Part shown: piece after piece, positions 1 to 11,525 of the stretch | Position numbering within the stretch: the stretch's first letter is position 1 | Layout of the letters: every line of letters starts with the position of its first letter | Assembly (NCBI GenBank): GCA_905250035.1 | Contig: CAJNOE010000254.1 | Coordinates: forward strand, 52,577-80,711 | Length of the DNA: 28,135 nucleotides | From: Adineta steineri | Taxonomy: Eukaryota | Direction: 5' to 3' | Notes under the pieces: generated by a model | Databases searched by the model: none | What the model was told of the DNA's origin: nothing | Seen by the model: the letters and a program-made list of their open reading frames with translations, nothing else | Position numbers and translations under genes: made by a program

Positions 1-2
1 AT

Positions 3-236
3 TATAATTGTTATTTTAATTTATATGGTAATATGTTTATTTTTGGTCTTGGAAGACTTGTTTTTAGTGAATGGCAAGAAACAAATCATGATATGAATAG
101 TTTAATATCAGATCCATTATTCGTTAATGCTGAAAGTCAATGTAATTTCTTTACATTGAATAACGATAGTCCAGTTGTCGAAAATCTAGGTTTTAAACCT
201 ATTATGCAATTGAGTCAATGGAAATCAGGATGTTAA
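3..236 (+). CDS. C-terminal fragment of a probable right-handed parallel beta-helix repeat protein (partial, runs off the window start)
   Basis: Frame 3 is open from the window edge: YNCYFNLYGNMFIFGLGRLVFSEWQETNHDMNSLISDPLFVNAESQCNFFTLNNDSPVVENLGFKPIMQLSQWKSGC*. The pattern N-x-Y ... W-x(3)-[GN]-H-D-x-x-S-x-x-x-DPLFV-x ... F-x-L-x-x-x-SP-x-x-x-LGFKPI is the usual C-terminal signature of secreted beta-helix/pectate-lyase-like proteins, many of them bacterial. Confidence 0.55.
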   Translation, partial: YNCYFNLYGNMFIFGLGRLVFSEWQETNHDMNSLISDPLFVNAESQCNFFTLNNDSPVVENLGFKPIMQLSQWKSGC

Positions 237-1461
237 AATCAACTATTTTTTTTCTATTAATGTTATTTATTATAAATGAAAATATTTTCGACAAGAGAAC
301 TGACTTGTATTGAATTGAATTTTCTTTTTTTTCTTTCTTCTATCGTTTAGGGGTCAAGAACATATTGAGAGAATGTGATGAGGAATAATAAGTACATTCT
401 ATAGAAGAAATGTGTTTCATCTAAAGTTAAATATCTAAGTTAAAACAAAAGCTTATTTAAGATCATAGAATGAATACAAACAATCTGTTCAGTCTATTCT
501 GTCGACTAAAAAATCATTTTTTGTGACCATTATATTTCTAGGCTCGTCCAAGGAGAACATTATTTTATAGAATATATTGTTGAGACTAGACAACAACTGC
601 GTGTCGGATAGAAATAGTACAGAAATAAACGTTTCAGTCGAAAATTTCTAATGTACATACATTCGTTATATAATTCATTCAATGTAAGTTTATGCTTTTG
701 TACATACTAATTTCTATATATGTAGAAGATACTGTTTGAAAATAAATTTTGTTGTGTCACTATATAGACTAGAAGAAAGCAAACCGATGTATAGTCTTCT
801 TTGGTTTATTTCTATGTAAACAACTGAGAAAGTATCTATGGATTATATCCCTCTTACTTCTAGTAATTAGAATCTTGAAGAATTAGTTTGCCTTATCACA
901 CTCCTATAGAAATAGTTTAGTTACCAGATTTGATATCACAATGTTTTACATAAGAATAGCAGATCTTTAGCTCAAGTCCAAGAATCACTCCCAGTGTACT
1001 GTATTTTGACTTATGAAGTAGATTAAATCAAAATATAGTATAAAAAATGAATATATATGTATACCATTAATAATTTCTCTCCTATATTATACTGTTTCGA
1101 ATAGTATGTCATATAGTTTTATGTCAATGTTACGATTGATACCCTTTAAACTCATGTAATTAAATAATCATGTATATGTTTAGTTCGAAATGAAACAGAG
1201 AACAGTATTGGTTGAATAAGTAAAGTTTTTCGCTAACTCATATTGAATACATACAGGAAAGAAAAAAGGTGAAAAGTAACGTTCTCAGTAGTTTTCTTTT
1301 CTTACAAATCAATAGCGCGTTACACAAGTAATTAGATCAAAACAATTCTTCTATAAAAATGTAACATGATTCCATTGCCCAAATAATGACAAGATATATT
1401 TTGTAATGCAAATTGTTGTTCTCCAATTTTAGATATAAATTTCTAAGGTTTATTACTCGTC

Positions 1462-4400
1462 ATGGGTAAAACAATTCCACAACCTCAAGAAACATTTCTT
1501 ATTGGTAATTTAAAAGATGTTGATTCCGAACATTTTTTGGAATCATTAGAACGACTTCAAAAACTTTATGGTGAAATTTTTCGAATAAATATTCTTGGAC
1601 AAAGTATTATAGTTGTTTCTAGTCAAGAATTGGTTAATTTTGTATGTGATGAAAATAAATTTGATAAAAAAGTTAGCATAGCTCTACAAGAACTAAGAGC
1701 ATTAATTGGTGATGGACTTTTTAGTGCACATACATCAGAACCAAATTGGAAACTTGCGCATAAAATTTTAATGCCTGCTTTTGGACCACAAGCAATTCGA
1801 GATATGTTTCCGGCTATGATGGATATATGTTCTCAACTTATTCTTCGATGGGAACGTTTTTCAGGTGAAGAAATTGATGTTTGTGATAATTTTACTCGTT
1901 TGGCTTTGGATACAATTACTTTATGTAGTTTTAATTATCGATTTAATAGTTTTTATCAAAACAAAATGCATCATTTCGTTGATGCTATGGTTAATGTTCT
2001 TGTTGAAAGTGGTAAACGTTCACAACGATTATCATTACAAAATGCATTAATGATTAATAAAGCACGACAATACAAGGATGATATATCATATTGCCACAAT
2101 TTATGTGATGAAATTGTTCGAGAACGACGTAAAAATCCAAATGATGTTAATGATTTACTTAATCGTATGATTAATGGAAAAGATTCTGATACTGGTTATC
2201 AATTATCTGATGAAAATATTCGTTATCAAATGGTTACATTTTTAATTGCTGGACATGAAACAACATCTGGTCTTCTTTCATTTGCATTTTATTATCTTCT
2301 AAAAAATCCACATGTCTTACAAAAAGCACAAGCAGAAATTGATCAATATGATGAAATTACAGTTGATACATTAAATAAATTAAAATATATTGATGCTATA
2401 TTAAAAGAAACACTTCGATTACAAGCTACAGCACCAGCATTTAATTTAGCAACAAAAGAAGATAAAATTACTTTACCTGGTGGTTATGAAGTTTGTAAAG
2501 ATGATTTTATTTTAGTTCTTTTACATCAATTACATCGTGATCCAAAAGTATGGGATCAACCTAATGAATTTATTCCTGAACGAATGTTAAATGGTGGATA
2601 TGAAAATCTTCCACCAAACTCATGGAAACCATTCGGCAATGGTCAACGAGGTTGTATTGGTCGTCCATTTGCATGGCAAGAAAGTCTTCTTGCTGTTGCA
2701 CTTATACTTAAACATTTTACTATTGAATTGGTTGATCCATCTTATGATCTTCGTATTAAACAAACATTAACAATCAAACCAGATGGTTTTAAAATACGAG
2801 CTCGACCACGTCGATCAGTTAATATTTCATTAGCACCACATGTTAAACAATCAGAAAAACTTCCTGAACAAGTATCAAAAACAAGTATAAAGAAAAATAC
2901 GAATCTTCAACCAATGACTATTCTTTATGGTAGTAATTCTGGTTCATGTGAATCATTTGCAGGAACTTTAGCATCTGAAGCACCACTCTATGGTTATAAT
3001 GCAACTGTAGCTACTCTTGATTCTGCTGTTCAATCTCTTCCAAATGATCAACCTATTATTATAATTACAGCAACATACGAAGGTAGACCATGTGATAATG
3101 CAAAACAATTTGTTGCTTATCTTGAATCACAACCAAAACTTGATATAAATTATGCTGTATTTGGCGCTGGTCATCATGATTGGGTAAATACATATCAAAA
3201 AATGCCAACTTATATTGATGAATTAATTGAAAAAGCTGGTGGTAAACGACTTATTGAACGTGGTGCTGGTGATGCTGCTGGTGATTTTTATGGTGCATTT
3301 GAAAGTTGGAAAGAAAATCTTTTTAAAATTTTACGAAAAGATACAAATGATGAACAACATGTTATTAGTGAAGAAAAACTTTCTATTGAATTTGTTAATT
3401 CAACACGACAATTTGGACAAATAACAGATTTTGGTATTGTTTTACAAAATAAAATTTTAGTTCAAGCAAGTGAAATTGATCCTATGAAACGACATCTTGA
3501 AATCAAACTTCCAAAAGGACAAACATATCGTTCTGGTGATTATCTTGCTGTATTACCAACAAATCCAATTGAAATGGTTGATCGTGTACTTAAACGATTT
3601 AATTTATCGAATGATACTCATATTAAAATAGTTTCGTCTACCGATACATTTTTTCCAACAAATTATCCAGTTAATGTAGTAAATATTTTAAGTGGTTATG
3701 TTGAATTAGCTCAACCAATTAGTAAAAAACAACTTGAAACACTTGCTGATCTATGTCATAATGAAGAAGAACGAATTAAAATTTTAAATCTTACTGGAGA
3801 TATTTATGAAAAAGAAATTCTTGATAAACGTATTCATATCTTAGATATTCTTGAATTATATTCATCATGTGAACTTACATTTGCACAATATTTACGTATG
3901 CTTCCATCACTTCGTATTCGTCAATATAGTATTTCTTCATCACCTCTATGGAATGCTGAAGTTGTAACATTAACAATTGATATTCTTACTGCTCCAGCAT
4001 TGAGTGGACTTGGACAACATTATGGTGTTGCATCAAATTATCTTGCAAATCTTAAAGAAGGTGATCATATTAGTTGTAGTGTTCGAGCAAGTAATGTTAA
4101 ATTTCATCCACCAGAAGATACAAAAGTACCAATTGTTATGATTGCTGCTGGAACTGGTATTGCACCATTTCGTGGTTTTATTCAAGAACGAGCAGCACAA
4201 TACGTTTGTGGAAGAGATATTGGACCTACAATTCTTTATTATGGTTGTCGATTAGATAATGATTTCTTATATTCCAGTGAACTTGATAAATGGTCGAAAC
4301 TTGGTGCAGTTGAAATTAAATCTGTTTTTTCTCGACAAGGAAATAATGATAAAAAATATGTTCAAGATTTACTTTGGGAAGATCGTAGTGAAATTGCTAA

Positions 4401-4578
4401 ATTGTATAGAGATGGTGCACGTTTTTATATTTGTGGTAGTGCAAAAAAATTAGGTACATCAGTTAAATCATGTTTTTTAAAGATCGTTGCAGATATTAAA
4501 CAATGTAATGAAGAAGAAGCAACAGAAATCTTTGAAAAAATTTCTCTTGAAAGATTTAGTGTCGATGTTTTCGCATAG
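1462..4578 (+). CDS. Self-sufficient cytochrome P450/NADPH-P450 reductase fusion (CYP102/CYP505-like fatty-acid hydroxylase)
   Basis: Single uninterrupted 1038-aa ORF. P450 part: I-helix AGHETTSG (2248-2271), K-helix ETLR, heme ligand motif FGNGQRGCIGRPFAWQESLL (from 2632). Reductase part: FMN domain YGSNSGSCESFAG, YEGRPCDNAKQF and FGAGHHDW; FAD motif RQYSISSSP; NADPH motif AAGTGIAPFRGFIQERAA; C-terminus ERFSVDVFA. Domain order and length match P450BM3/P450foxy. Confidence 0.97.
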   Translation: MGKTIPQPQETFLIGNLKDVDSEHFLESLERLQKLYGEIFRINILGQSIIVVSSQELVNFVCDENKFDKKVSIALQELRALIGDGLFSAHTSEPNWKLAHKILMPAFGPQAIRDMFPAMMDICSQLILRWERFSGEEIDVCDNFTRLALDTITLCSFNYRFNSFYQNKMHHFVDAMVNVLVESGKRSQRLSLQNALMINKARQYKDDISYCHNLCDEIVRERRKNPNDVNDLLNRMINGKDSDTGYQLSDENIRYQMVTFLIAGHETTSGLLSFAFYYLLKNPHVLQKAQAEIDQYDEITVDTLNKLKYIDAILKETLRLQATAPAFNLATKEDKITLPGGYEVCKDDFILVLLHQLHRDPKVWDQPNEFIPERMLNGGYENLPPNSWKPFGNGQRGCIGRPFAWQESLLAVALILKHFTIELVDPSYDLRIKQTLTIKPDGFKIRARPRRSVNISLAPHVKQSEKLPEQVSKTSIKKNTNLQPMTILYGSNSGSCESFAGTLASEAPLYGYNATVATLDSAVQSLPNDQPIIIITATYEGRPCDNAKQFVAYLESQPKLDINYAVFGAGHHDWVNTYQKMPTYIDELIEKAGGKRLIERGAGDAAGDFYGAFESWKENLFKILRKDTNDEQHVISEEKLSIEFVNSTRQFGQITDFGIVLQNKILVQASEIDPMKRHLEIKLPKGQTYRSGDYLAVLPTNPIEMVDRVLKRFNLSNDTHIKIVSSTDTFFPTNYPVNVVNILSGYVELAQPISKKQLETLADLCHNEEERIKILNLTGDIYEKEILDKRIHILDILELYSSCELTFAQYLRMLPSLRIRQYSISSSPLWNAEVVTLTIDILTAPALSGLGQHYGVASNYLANLKEGDHISCSVRASNVKFHPPEDTKVPIVMIAAGTGIAPFRGFIQERAAQYVCGRDIGPTILYYGCRLDNDFLYSSELDKWSKLGAVEIKSVFSRQGNNDKKYVQDLLWEDRSEIAKLYRDGARFYICGSAKKLGTSVKSCFLKIVADIKQCNEEEATEIFEKISLERFSVDVFA

Positions 4579-4932
4579 ATTTATATTAATGTAGAAACTC
4601 GTATTCATACACATAATGTATTTATTTTTTATCTAATGTAAAACCGACTTTTTTTATAACTATTTATTTAATATAAAGTGATATTTTTTTAAAATTTATA
4701 TGCGAATTATCAGTATACGAGATTTCAAACAAGAAATCTTAACTTATTTATCATATAGATATCAACAACTCACAACACTAATAGAATAAGATTTTAATTG
4801 GCTTGCTAGAATTATTCAAAATAAAAACGACTATTATGTATAATAGAAAGATTAATTTACATCTATCCAATCCTTAGCTTCTCAGCCACATTCATTATCT
4901 TTGTAAATATATCAAGTGGAACATCTCTGACT

Positions 4933-4999
4933 GATGCTATTGATCATCACGATGATAGAATATTTGTAACATATCAAAATATACAATAAATAATTTTAA
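4933..4999 (-). pseudogene. Decayed fragment related to the orphan gene at 6928-7496
   Basis: Ungapped similarity to 7173-7239, about 80% by hand count over roughly 67 bp. Minus-strand translation KLFIVYFDMLQIFYHRDDQ*HQ versus ELFAVCLDTLQIFYHDEDQWHQ; the Trp codon is replaced by TAG. Weaker gapped similarity seems to extend to about 5020. Confidence 0.6.
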
Positions 5000-6927
5000 G
5001 TGTACTTGTTTTAAAATGTATAAATCTTACCATGAATAATATATGCAACTTCATATTCTTAATCAATATTATTAGTAAACATCTAGCAGTAAGACTGTTA
5101 TGATGCTATTTTATTTTGATAGAGTTATAAATGATAGAACGAGTACGTTTAGAAAGATGAAATTGTAAATAATCTTCTTCGTTGTTCTTAGTCTGAATTG
5201 CCGCATGAAAATTTATAGCTGACAAATGTACTAAAGCAGAATGCTATTCATTTCTGGTACGTAAAATCTTGTATCTAGTATTTTCTAATCGATCTTGATG
5301 GATTCTAACGAAAGATTTATGGTTCTAATCGAATGATAACTTTTGGATTAGTTCTTATATGTTATAGTTTTTTAAGCACAATTTACATATTTATACAACA
5401 TCTATTGTATATAACTTCCAGCGATGCATGTCTAATATTATAAGATTATCACAAATACCAAAGTACTATTTTAAAATATTTGTAAGACTTTTCAATCATT
5501 TTCTTCAATGACTTTTAATTTAGATGAAGTTAAATGTTTAGGACTTGATCATATATAATTCAAAGACGATATTCAATCAAAGTCAATTTAAAGTATTTAA
5601 TATCGATAAGAAACTAACTGATATAGTTTGGTAAACAAGAAAAATTACCTTTTATAATAATCAAACAAAATGGCTGAATGATATAGAGAAGAATAGCTAT
5701 TCAATATACTTATAAAATATAGTCAAACAACCAAAAGTATGATGCAGAACGATTTTACGGATTCAATTTTAACTTGTTTATTACTATTGATTTTGTTTCA
5801 TGTGAATATTTCTGTGTTTTCTTTTTGTGATGTAGTGACATTGTCGTTGGAGTGTTCCATATATTTATATTCTTTTTCATTTTATGAATATTCTAATACG
5901 TTAATATATATTCATATATATATCTGATCGTTCCTGATGAGTGCATATCCATCTATTCATCTTCGATACCTTTCTCTTGTTTTACTTAGTTAAAATAAAC
6001 TATTGTTTCATCTTGCATTTCTCTCCTTGATCATACGTCAAGATGTGACACTTTTTGATATGTATTTTTTTGAAAAATAAAATTTTCTTCTTCCGTTCCA
6101 TCAGTATCTGTTATCATTTTATTACATTGTAAATATCTCAAAGCATAATTCGAATCAAACATTTAAATTTTTGTTTCTAACATTTTTCTATATGCATTAA
6201 TAACAGTTGCGTTTAATTTCGAGATCCTTTTGAATATTTCTTATTAGAAAAAGTTTATATCGATTCAAAAATAAATGAAACATATCAATCAATTAATATG
6301 CAAAGTTGAAATTTAGATTACTTAACTAGCAATTTCTTTATTAGATTGATATACGTTTTCTCCACGTGAAAGATATCATTATTAATACTGTATATTTTTT
6401 GTTGGCAAAAACCCGCATATATGACAGAAGAGAAGAAAATGAGGGTGTATCTCACCAAGCCTTTTACCTATATACATATATACATGTGTGTGTTAAATAT
6501 GTAATTTTATAATTACGTCATGCGTTAAAATTTTTTATATCAATACGTCAATTATTGCCATCGAAAGAGTGTCATATTATATAAGAAATGAAATAATAAC
6601 AGAATGATCGAGGATGATTTCGATAACAATCATGTTTGTATCAGGTGTTGCACTCTTCGATATTATTCAAAAACTTAACTAACAGCTGATTAAGGGTGAG
6701 TGGATGTGAATTTATATTTTCCTTGTTCACACCCTTACCTACACTTATCACACACAACCACATCCATAACCTGAAGGACGTTTAGTTTATTCGATATTTA
6801 TTCACCGGTAAAGGACAATTTATAAAGCACATGTATTAAGAAATTTCGAGATTCTGAATTAGATATTCAATAATTAAATAATGACTAGTGAAGAAGTCGA
6901 TGATGGACATTGAACAGGCTAAGACCA

Positions 6928-7496
6928 CTATCGAGAAACAAGATGCATTTGAAAGGGAACTTCATCCACAATCATGTGATTGATTTGAGAATAGAATAAA
7001 TCACTATTTGACGATAAATCTTCAGCTTCTTCACTAAGCTCATCATGTTGATCTTGCTCATCATTTGCCTCTTGTGATAAATTTTCATGATCTTCGTCAT
7101 CCACACTATTGTCGAGAAATTGTAATAATTGTTGTGATCTACCAAATCGAATATTTCTGGCAGATTGATATTGATGCCATTGATCCTCATCATGATAGAA
7201 TATTTGTAAAGTATCAAGACATACAGCGAATAATTCTGGACCAACTAAGCCCACTCTTTTAAAATGGACAGCATTTCTCACTGGACACGAAGGACCATTT
7301 CGATTGAACTCCATACATAAATCGAAAACTCCAAGAATAGTACGTGCTACTCCGAAATTACTATTGTCAGTAAATGCACACCAGTATGGTTCTAAGGTCA
7401 TCCTATAATATTAAAATAACATCTCACTAAAAACAAAGAACAATGACAAACTGAAACGTACTTAATAGCTTCTTTTTGTCCTCTATTTATAGTCAT
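6928..7496 (-). CDS. Hypothetical small protein with acidic C-terminal half, two exons
   Basis: ORF 6928-7401 extends upstream through a good acceptor (AG at 7404-7403). It joins a short exon at 7462-7496 (ATGACTATAAATAGAGGACAAAAAGAAGCTATTAA|GTACGT). Predicted start MTINRGQKEAIKMTLEPYWCAFTDNSNFGVARTILGVFDLCMEFNRNGPSCPVRN... No family recognised. Confidence 0.5.
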
Positions 7497-8216
7497 ATGT
7501 CACGACTGAGTACCTTTTATCATATTGAAGTATCTATTCATTATTTATATACACGAGCCAACAATAAGAATCCCTTTGTAATAATCTGTTAAACTGTTCT
7601 CTCTATTAATATTATTCATTTAGAAATACATCGTTCTGCGGTTACTCATCAAATATTAGGGTGATATTTTTGTACATTGGTCTTTGCACCCTTTTTGATG
7701 GTATATGAAAATAAACGGCAAGTAATCAACGGATTACAATTATCGATAATATTTTTTGCTTTCTGTGACTACGAAAATATATGACAAATACATTTTTTTT
7801 CTTTTCGTTCGTGTTTTTGAAAGTAAACGCGAAGCAAAAATATGAATCTGTACACTAACATAATCAAACAATAATAATACTGAAAGAGTAAAAAAGTGTT
7901 AAAAATAAGAAAACAATCACAATATTTAAAGATTTACTCGATTTAACGACAGAGGACGCCGTGATTTTCTCATTAAATTCAACTATTCTCTTTAAAGTTT
8001 TCTAACTAAATTATGTATCTGTTATATTACAGATTTTTAATTTTATTTATTTAACTATTATTGATAATAGTTGTTACGTAGAGTCTCAAAAGAAACAATA
8101 ACAAAATTATTTTTAACCTATTACTCCGATGTTGTAACTTTGACATATTTAATACTAGTAAGTTGTTTAGTACCATTTTCCGATATTCTTATAGATACGG
8201 AAATTCATTTTATTAA

Positions 8217-9966
8217 ATGGCGTCAAGATTGGTCAAACCAAATCATCCGACATATTCATATGTCATTCAACCTAAAGAAGCACAACGACAAAAATATCGA
8301 CAATCCACTGTTAGTTCATCGTAAGTTAATCATTAACTTTATTATTTAAACATTGCATGCTCATAAAGAAATGAAAGTCCGAATGTGGTAAATCTTATGT
8401 ATGATCGTCGTGTTGTTCGTGGAAATACTTATGCTAAGTATCTTCCTCCTATAGTAAATTTTAATATTACACAAAAGAAATTTTCTACTATTTAATATTA
8501 ATAGAAACCTCGACCAAATCTATATGATCTTCAACGTCAACAAGAAGGTAGACGACGTGCTTTAGCAAGACGTAGAGCTCTCGAATTATTTCAAACTAGA
8601 ACACCTGAACCAGTAGATAATCGAAAACATATGGTTGTTCAAACAGAATTGTATCTCGAAGAACTCAGGTAAATATTTTATACGAAAAAATATCATAGAT
8701 TCGATTAAAAACAAGTCAATAGCTCATATCTAGGTTCTATGTATAGTTATATGACGGAAATAATCTTTAGTAATTTTCCATATATTTTTTTCTAATAAAC
8801 TTATTTAACAGTAATTATTTTATTTACTTCCTTTCATTATATTAATACATACAGATTCTATGCTAAATAAAGGGGGTTATTTAATAATTGTTGCAGACGA
8901 TATATACAAGTCAAATTAGATTCATTTTTTTGTATTATTTATAAATCATACATGATTATTGTAGATTTTATACAAAATGACCTTAACGTACATTTACTTT
9001 TAGTGATCGTGTTGAAGAAGCTGATGTTTATGTTCAAACAGAAAGGCTTCTTGATCGCCCATCTTCACCATTATATATTCCGCAAGTCACTGGTAGAGAT
9101 ACTGCTACACAAATCGAAGAAGGAGATGTAATTTTTATTTTTATTCTAAATTTTCTATGAAAAGAAAAAAACCCCAAATTTTAGTTATTTAATTTTGATA
9201 TTGAAGTCAAACCAATTGCTGAAGTATTAGTTGGTAAAACATCTGAACAAGCTTTAGTTGAAATTGCTGAAGAAGAAGAAATAACTAGAATTCGTGAACA
9301 ACATCGAAAATATGAAGAATTACGTAATTCTGAATTAATTGAATTACAACGATTTGAAGAACAAGAAAGACGTTTAAGAACTGAAAAAGAACGTCGAACA
9401 AAACAAGCAGAAGAAGCACATCGTCAAGAACAAGAATTAGCAGAAAAAATGGCTGCAAGAGCTTTTACAAGAGCATATTTACAAGATCTTGTACCAAGTG
9501 TATTTCATAATTTAAGAGAAAATGGATTTTTTTATGATCCTGTTGAACATGGTGATAAAGATCCTTCTTTCTTTTTCATTGAAATATATATTTTTGTTTA
9601 TTTTAGAAACTGAATCAACATTTATGCCTTGGTTAATGGACAGAACAATGACACATGTTAATAAATTAGTAATTGGTCGAAGTCTACTTGATTCAACTAT
9701 TCGAGATGTTGTTAATCAACGTATTGATCAATATCAACGAATAGATGAGTCCCATCGACAAGTAAAATTAGATTTTTAATTTGAAAAGAAAATCTTCTTT
9801 AATTTTTTTTCTTCAGGTAAAACATAGTAGTAAGAGAAGAAGTACCACTAGAGAAAACAGTGTTCATGGTTCTGAAAAAAGTCAGCAGCAACGTAAATCA
9901 ACTTCAGGAGAATTACGAGAAACACCTGAAGATAATAGAGATGAAACTAATACAGATACCTCGTAA
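8217..9966 (+). CDS. RSPH3: Radial spoke head protein 3 homolog (axonemal), multi-exon
   Basis: Spliced product MASRLVKPNHPTYSYVIQPKEAQRQKYRQSTVSSSNESPNVVNLMYDRRVVRGNTYAKPRPNLYDLQRQQEGRRRALARRRALELFQTRTPEPVDNRKHMVVQTELYLEELSDRVEEADVYVQTERLLDRPSSPLYIPQVTGRDTATQIEEGD...VKPIAEVLVGKTSEQALVEIAEEEE...ARAFTRAYLQDLVPSVFHNLRENGFFYDPVE..ESTFMPWLM... matches RSPH3 along its length. GT-AG introns follow 8320, after NTYAK, after LEELR, after EEGD, and after DPVEH. Stop at 9964-9966. Confidence 0.92.
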
Positions 9967-10528
9967 ATTGGTAACAAAAAAATTTCTAACTAATTTATTT
10001 CTAATCCAATTCTTTTTCAGATAAAATGATAAATCAATATGAAGAAAACTTTATACTAATCTTGAACAATGATTTATTGAATTAAAATTTCTTTTTTTAT
10101 ATATCTTTTCCTGTGTTTAAAAACTCATTAAAAATACCATTTCTTTTATTTCAAATGTTTTAATCTATTGAATAGAGACATACCGGATGTAAATCTACAC
10201 AAGAATACTTCTTTTATGAACAGACAAAGAAAAGGTCTAGTTCCTATATTGATCATAAATGTTGTGGAAATAATTTCTTAGATCTAAAATATCGATAGAA
10301 ACGATCATTATTGTATTGTTGATTTCATGTCGAGACTAAGAAGAAGAGCATATAACACAACAGAACGAAATAGAATGGATGCCATTTAACTGCGACCTCT
10401 TCGTTCCAAGTCGATAATTGGACAAATTAGAAATCATGCGACTCTACTAGGTACTTCTACTTCCTCCTAATCCATAAGATCATAAAACAAATATTCGGAT
10501 TTATTTACTTAACAAAAAAAGATAAGTA

Positions 10529-11525
10529 ATGGCTAATAAAAATGAAAAAATACCATCTGAAACAACTGTACGTATATCTATACCATATCTAACAAATTTA
10601 ATTGTTAGTTTACCATTGATTGGTATGGTGGCAAGTTTTATAGCATCTGTTCTATTTACGAAAGAACAAATATTTGAATCTGAATGTGGAGTAAGTTGTT
10701 AATGAAAAAAAATAAGCGAAAGTCTATTTTTTTGTCTTAGTCTCGAAATTTTATTCCATCATTTTCATCAGTAATTGGTGTATCACCCGGTAAATATATA
10801 TGGCGTATGGCCATAGCCTTTCATTGTTTTCCACGTTTTCTAATTGCATTACTTTATCATAATCAATTTCGAACAAGTCTAAATAAATTCAAAACAAATA
10901 CTGGAATAAAATTTCTTATATTAAAACAATTAATACATTTAAATACATTTTTTGAAGTATGTGAAGTATTTGGTTTAATTTTATTATCATATATATCATC
11001 AAAAGAAAATTATAGTTTACATGAAAAAGCATTTATTATATTTATGTTATCATCAACATTACGTATGGTAACATGTTTAATATTATTTCGACAATTATTA
11101 TATAAATGTTGGTTAAATAATGAAATGAATGAAAAAAATAAAAAATTTCGTTTTCAAACATCATATCAATGGAAAATGGGTTTATTTTGTTTGGCATTTA
11201 TTTTTTCACTTTTACTGGTCATTGCATATATAAGACATACAAGTAAATGTTCAAATAACATTGGACAACCATCAACAGCTTGGAGTTATTTTTCTGCGTG
11301 TGAATATATTATTTGTTGTGTTATTATGGGTTATCATGCAACAGTAAGAGCTTTGTTTTTTTTCGTTTAAATATAAAATTAAAAATTTTTTTAAAGGTTT
11401 GTTGGGATTTTAATCATTTTGAATTGACAATTTATAATAAAACAACAACAAAATTAAATCATGATTTAAATAAATCGGAACAAGATATTGAAAATGAACA
11501 AAAAGATATTTATTTATCTAGATAA
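10529..11525 (+). CDS. PGAP2: Post-GPI attachment to proteins factor 2 (PGAP2/FRAG1 family membrane protein)
   Basis: Exons 10529-10690, 10741-11343 and 11397-11525. Product has ...ESECGSRNFIPSFSSVIGVSPGKYIWRMAIAFHCFPRFLIALLYHNQF...LLSYISSKENYSLHEKAFIIFMLSSTLRMVTC...SYQWKMGLFCLAFIFSLLLVIAYIRHTSKC...ACEYIICCVIMGYHATVCWDFNHFELTIYNK. This matches PGAP2 motifs (PS.S..IG..P..Y.WR..I..H..PRF, Y.SS.E.Y..HEKAFI.F, WDF...EL). Confidence 0.88.

Noticed and set aside
6560-6665. Weak inverted similarity (tcgaaagagtg ... gcactcttcga) suggestive of a MITE
   Set aside because: Only about 11 bp with a mismatch, and I could not identify target-site duplications; insufficient evidence.
8071-8349. 92-aa ORF overlapping the start of RSPH3
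   Set aside because: It is a different frame over the same DNA as RSPH3 exon 1 (8217-8320), which has clear homology and splice continuity.
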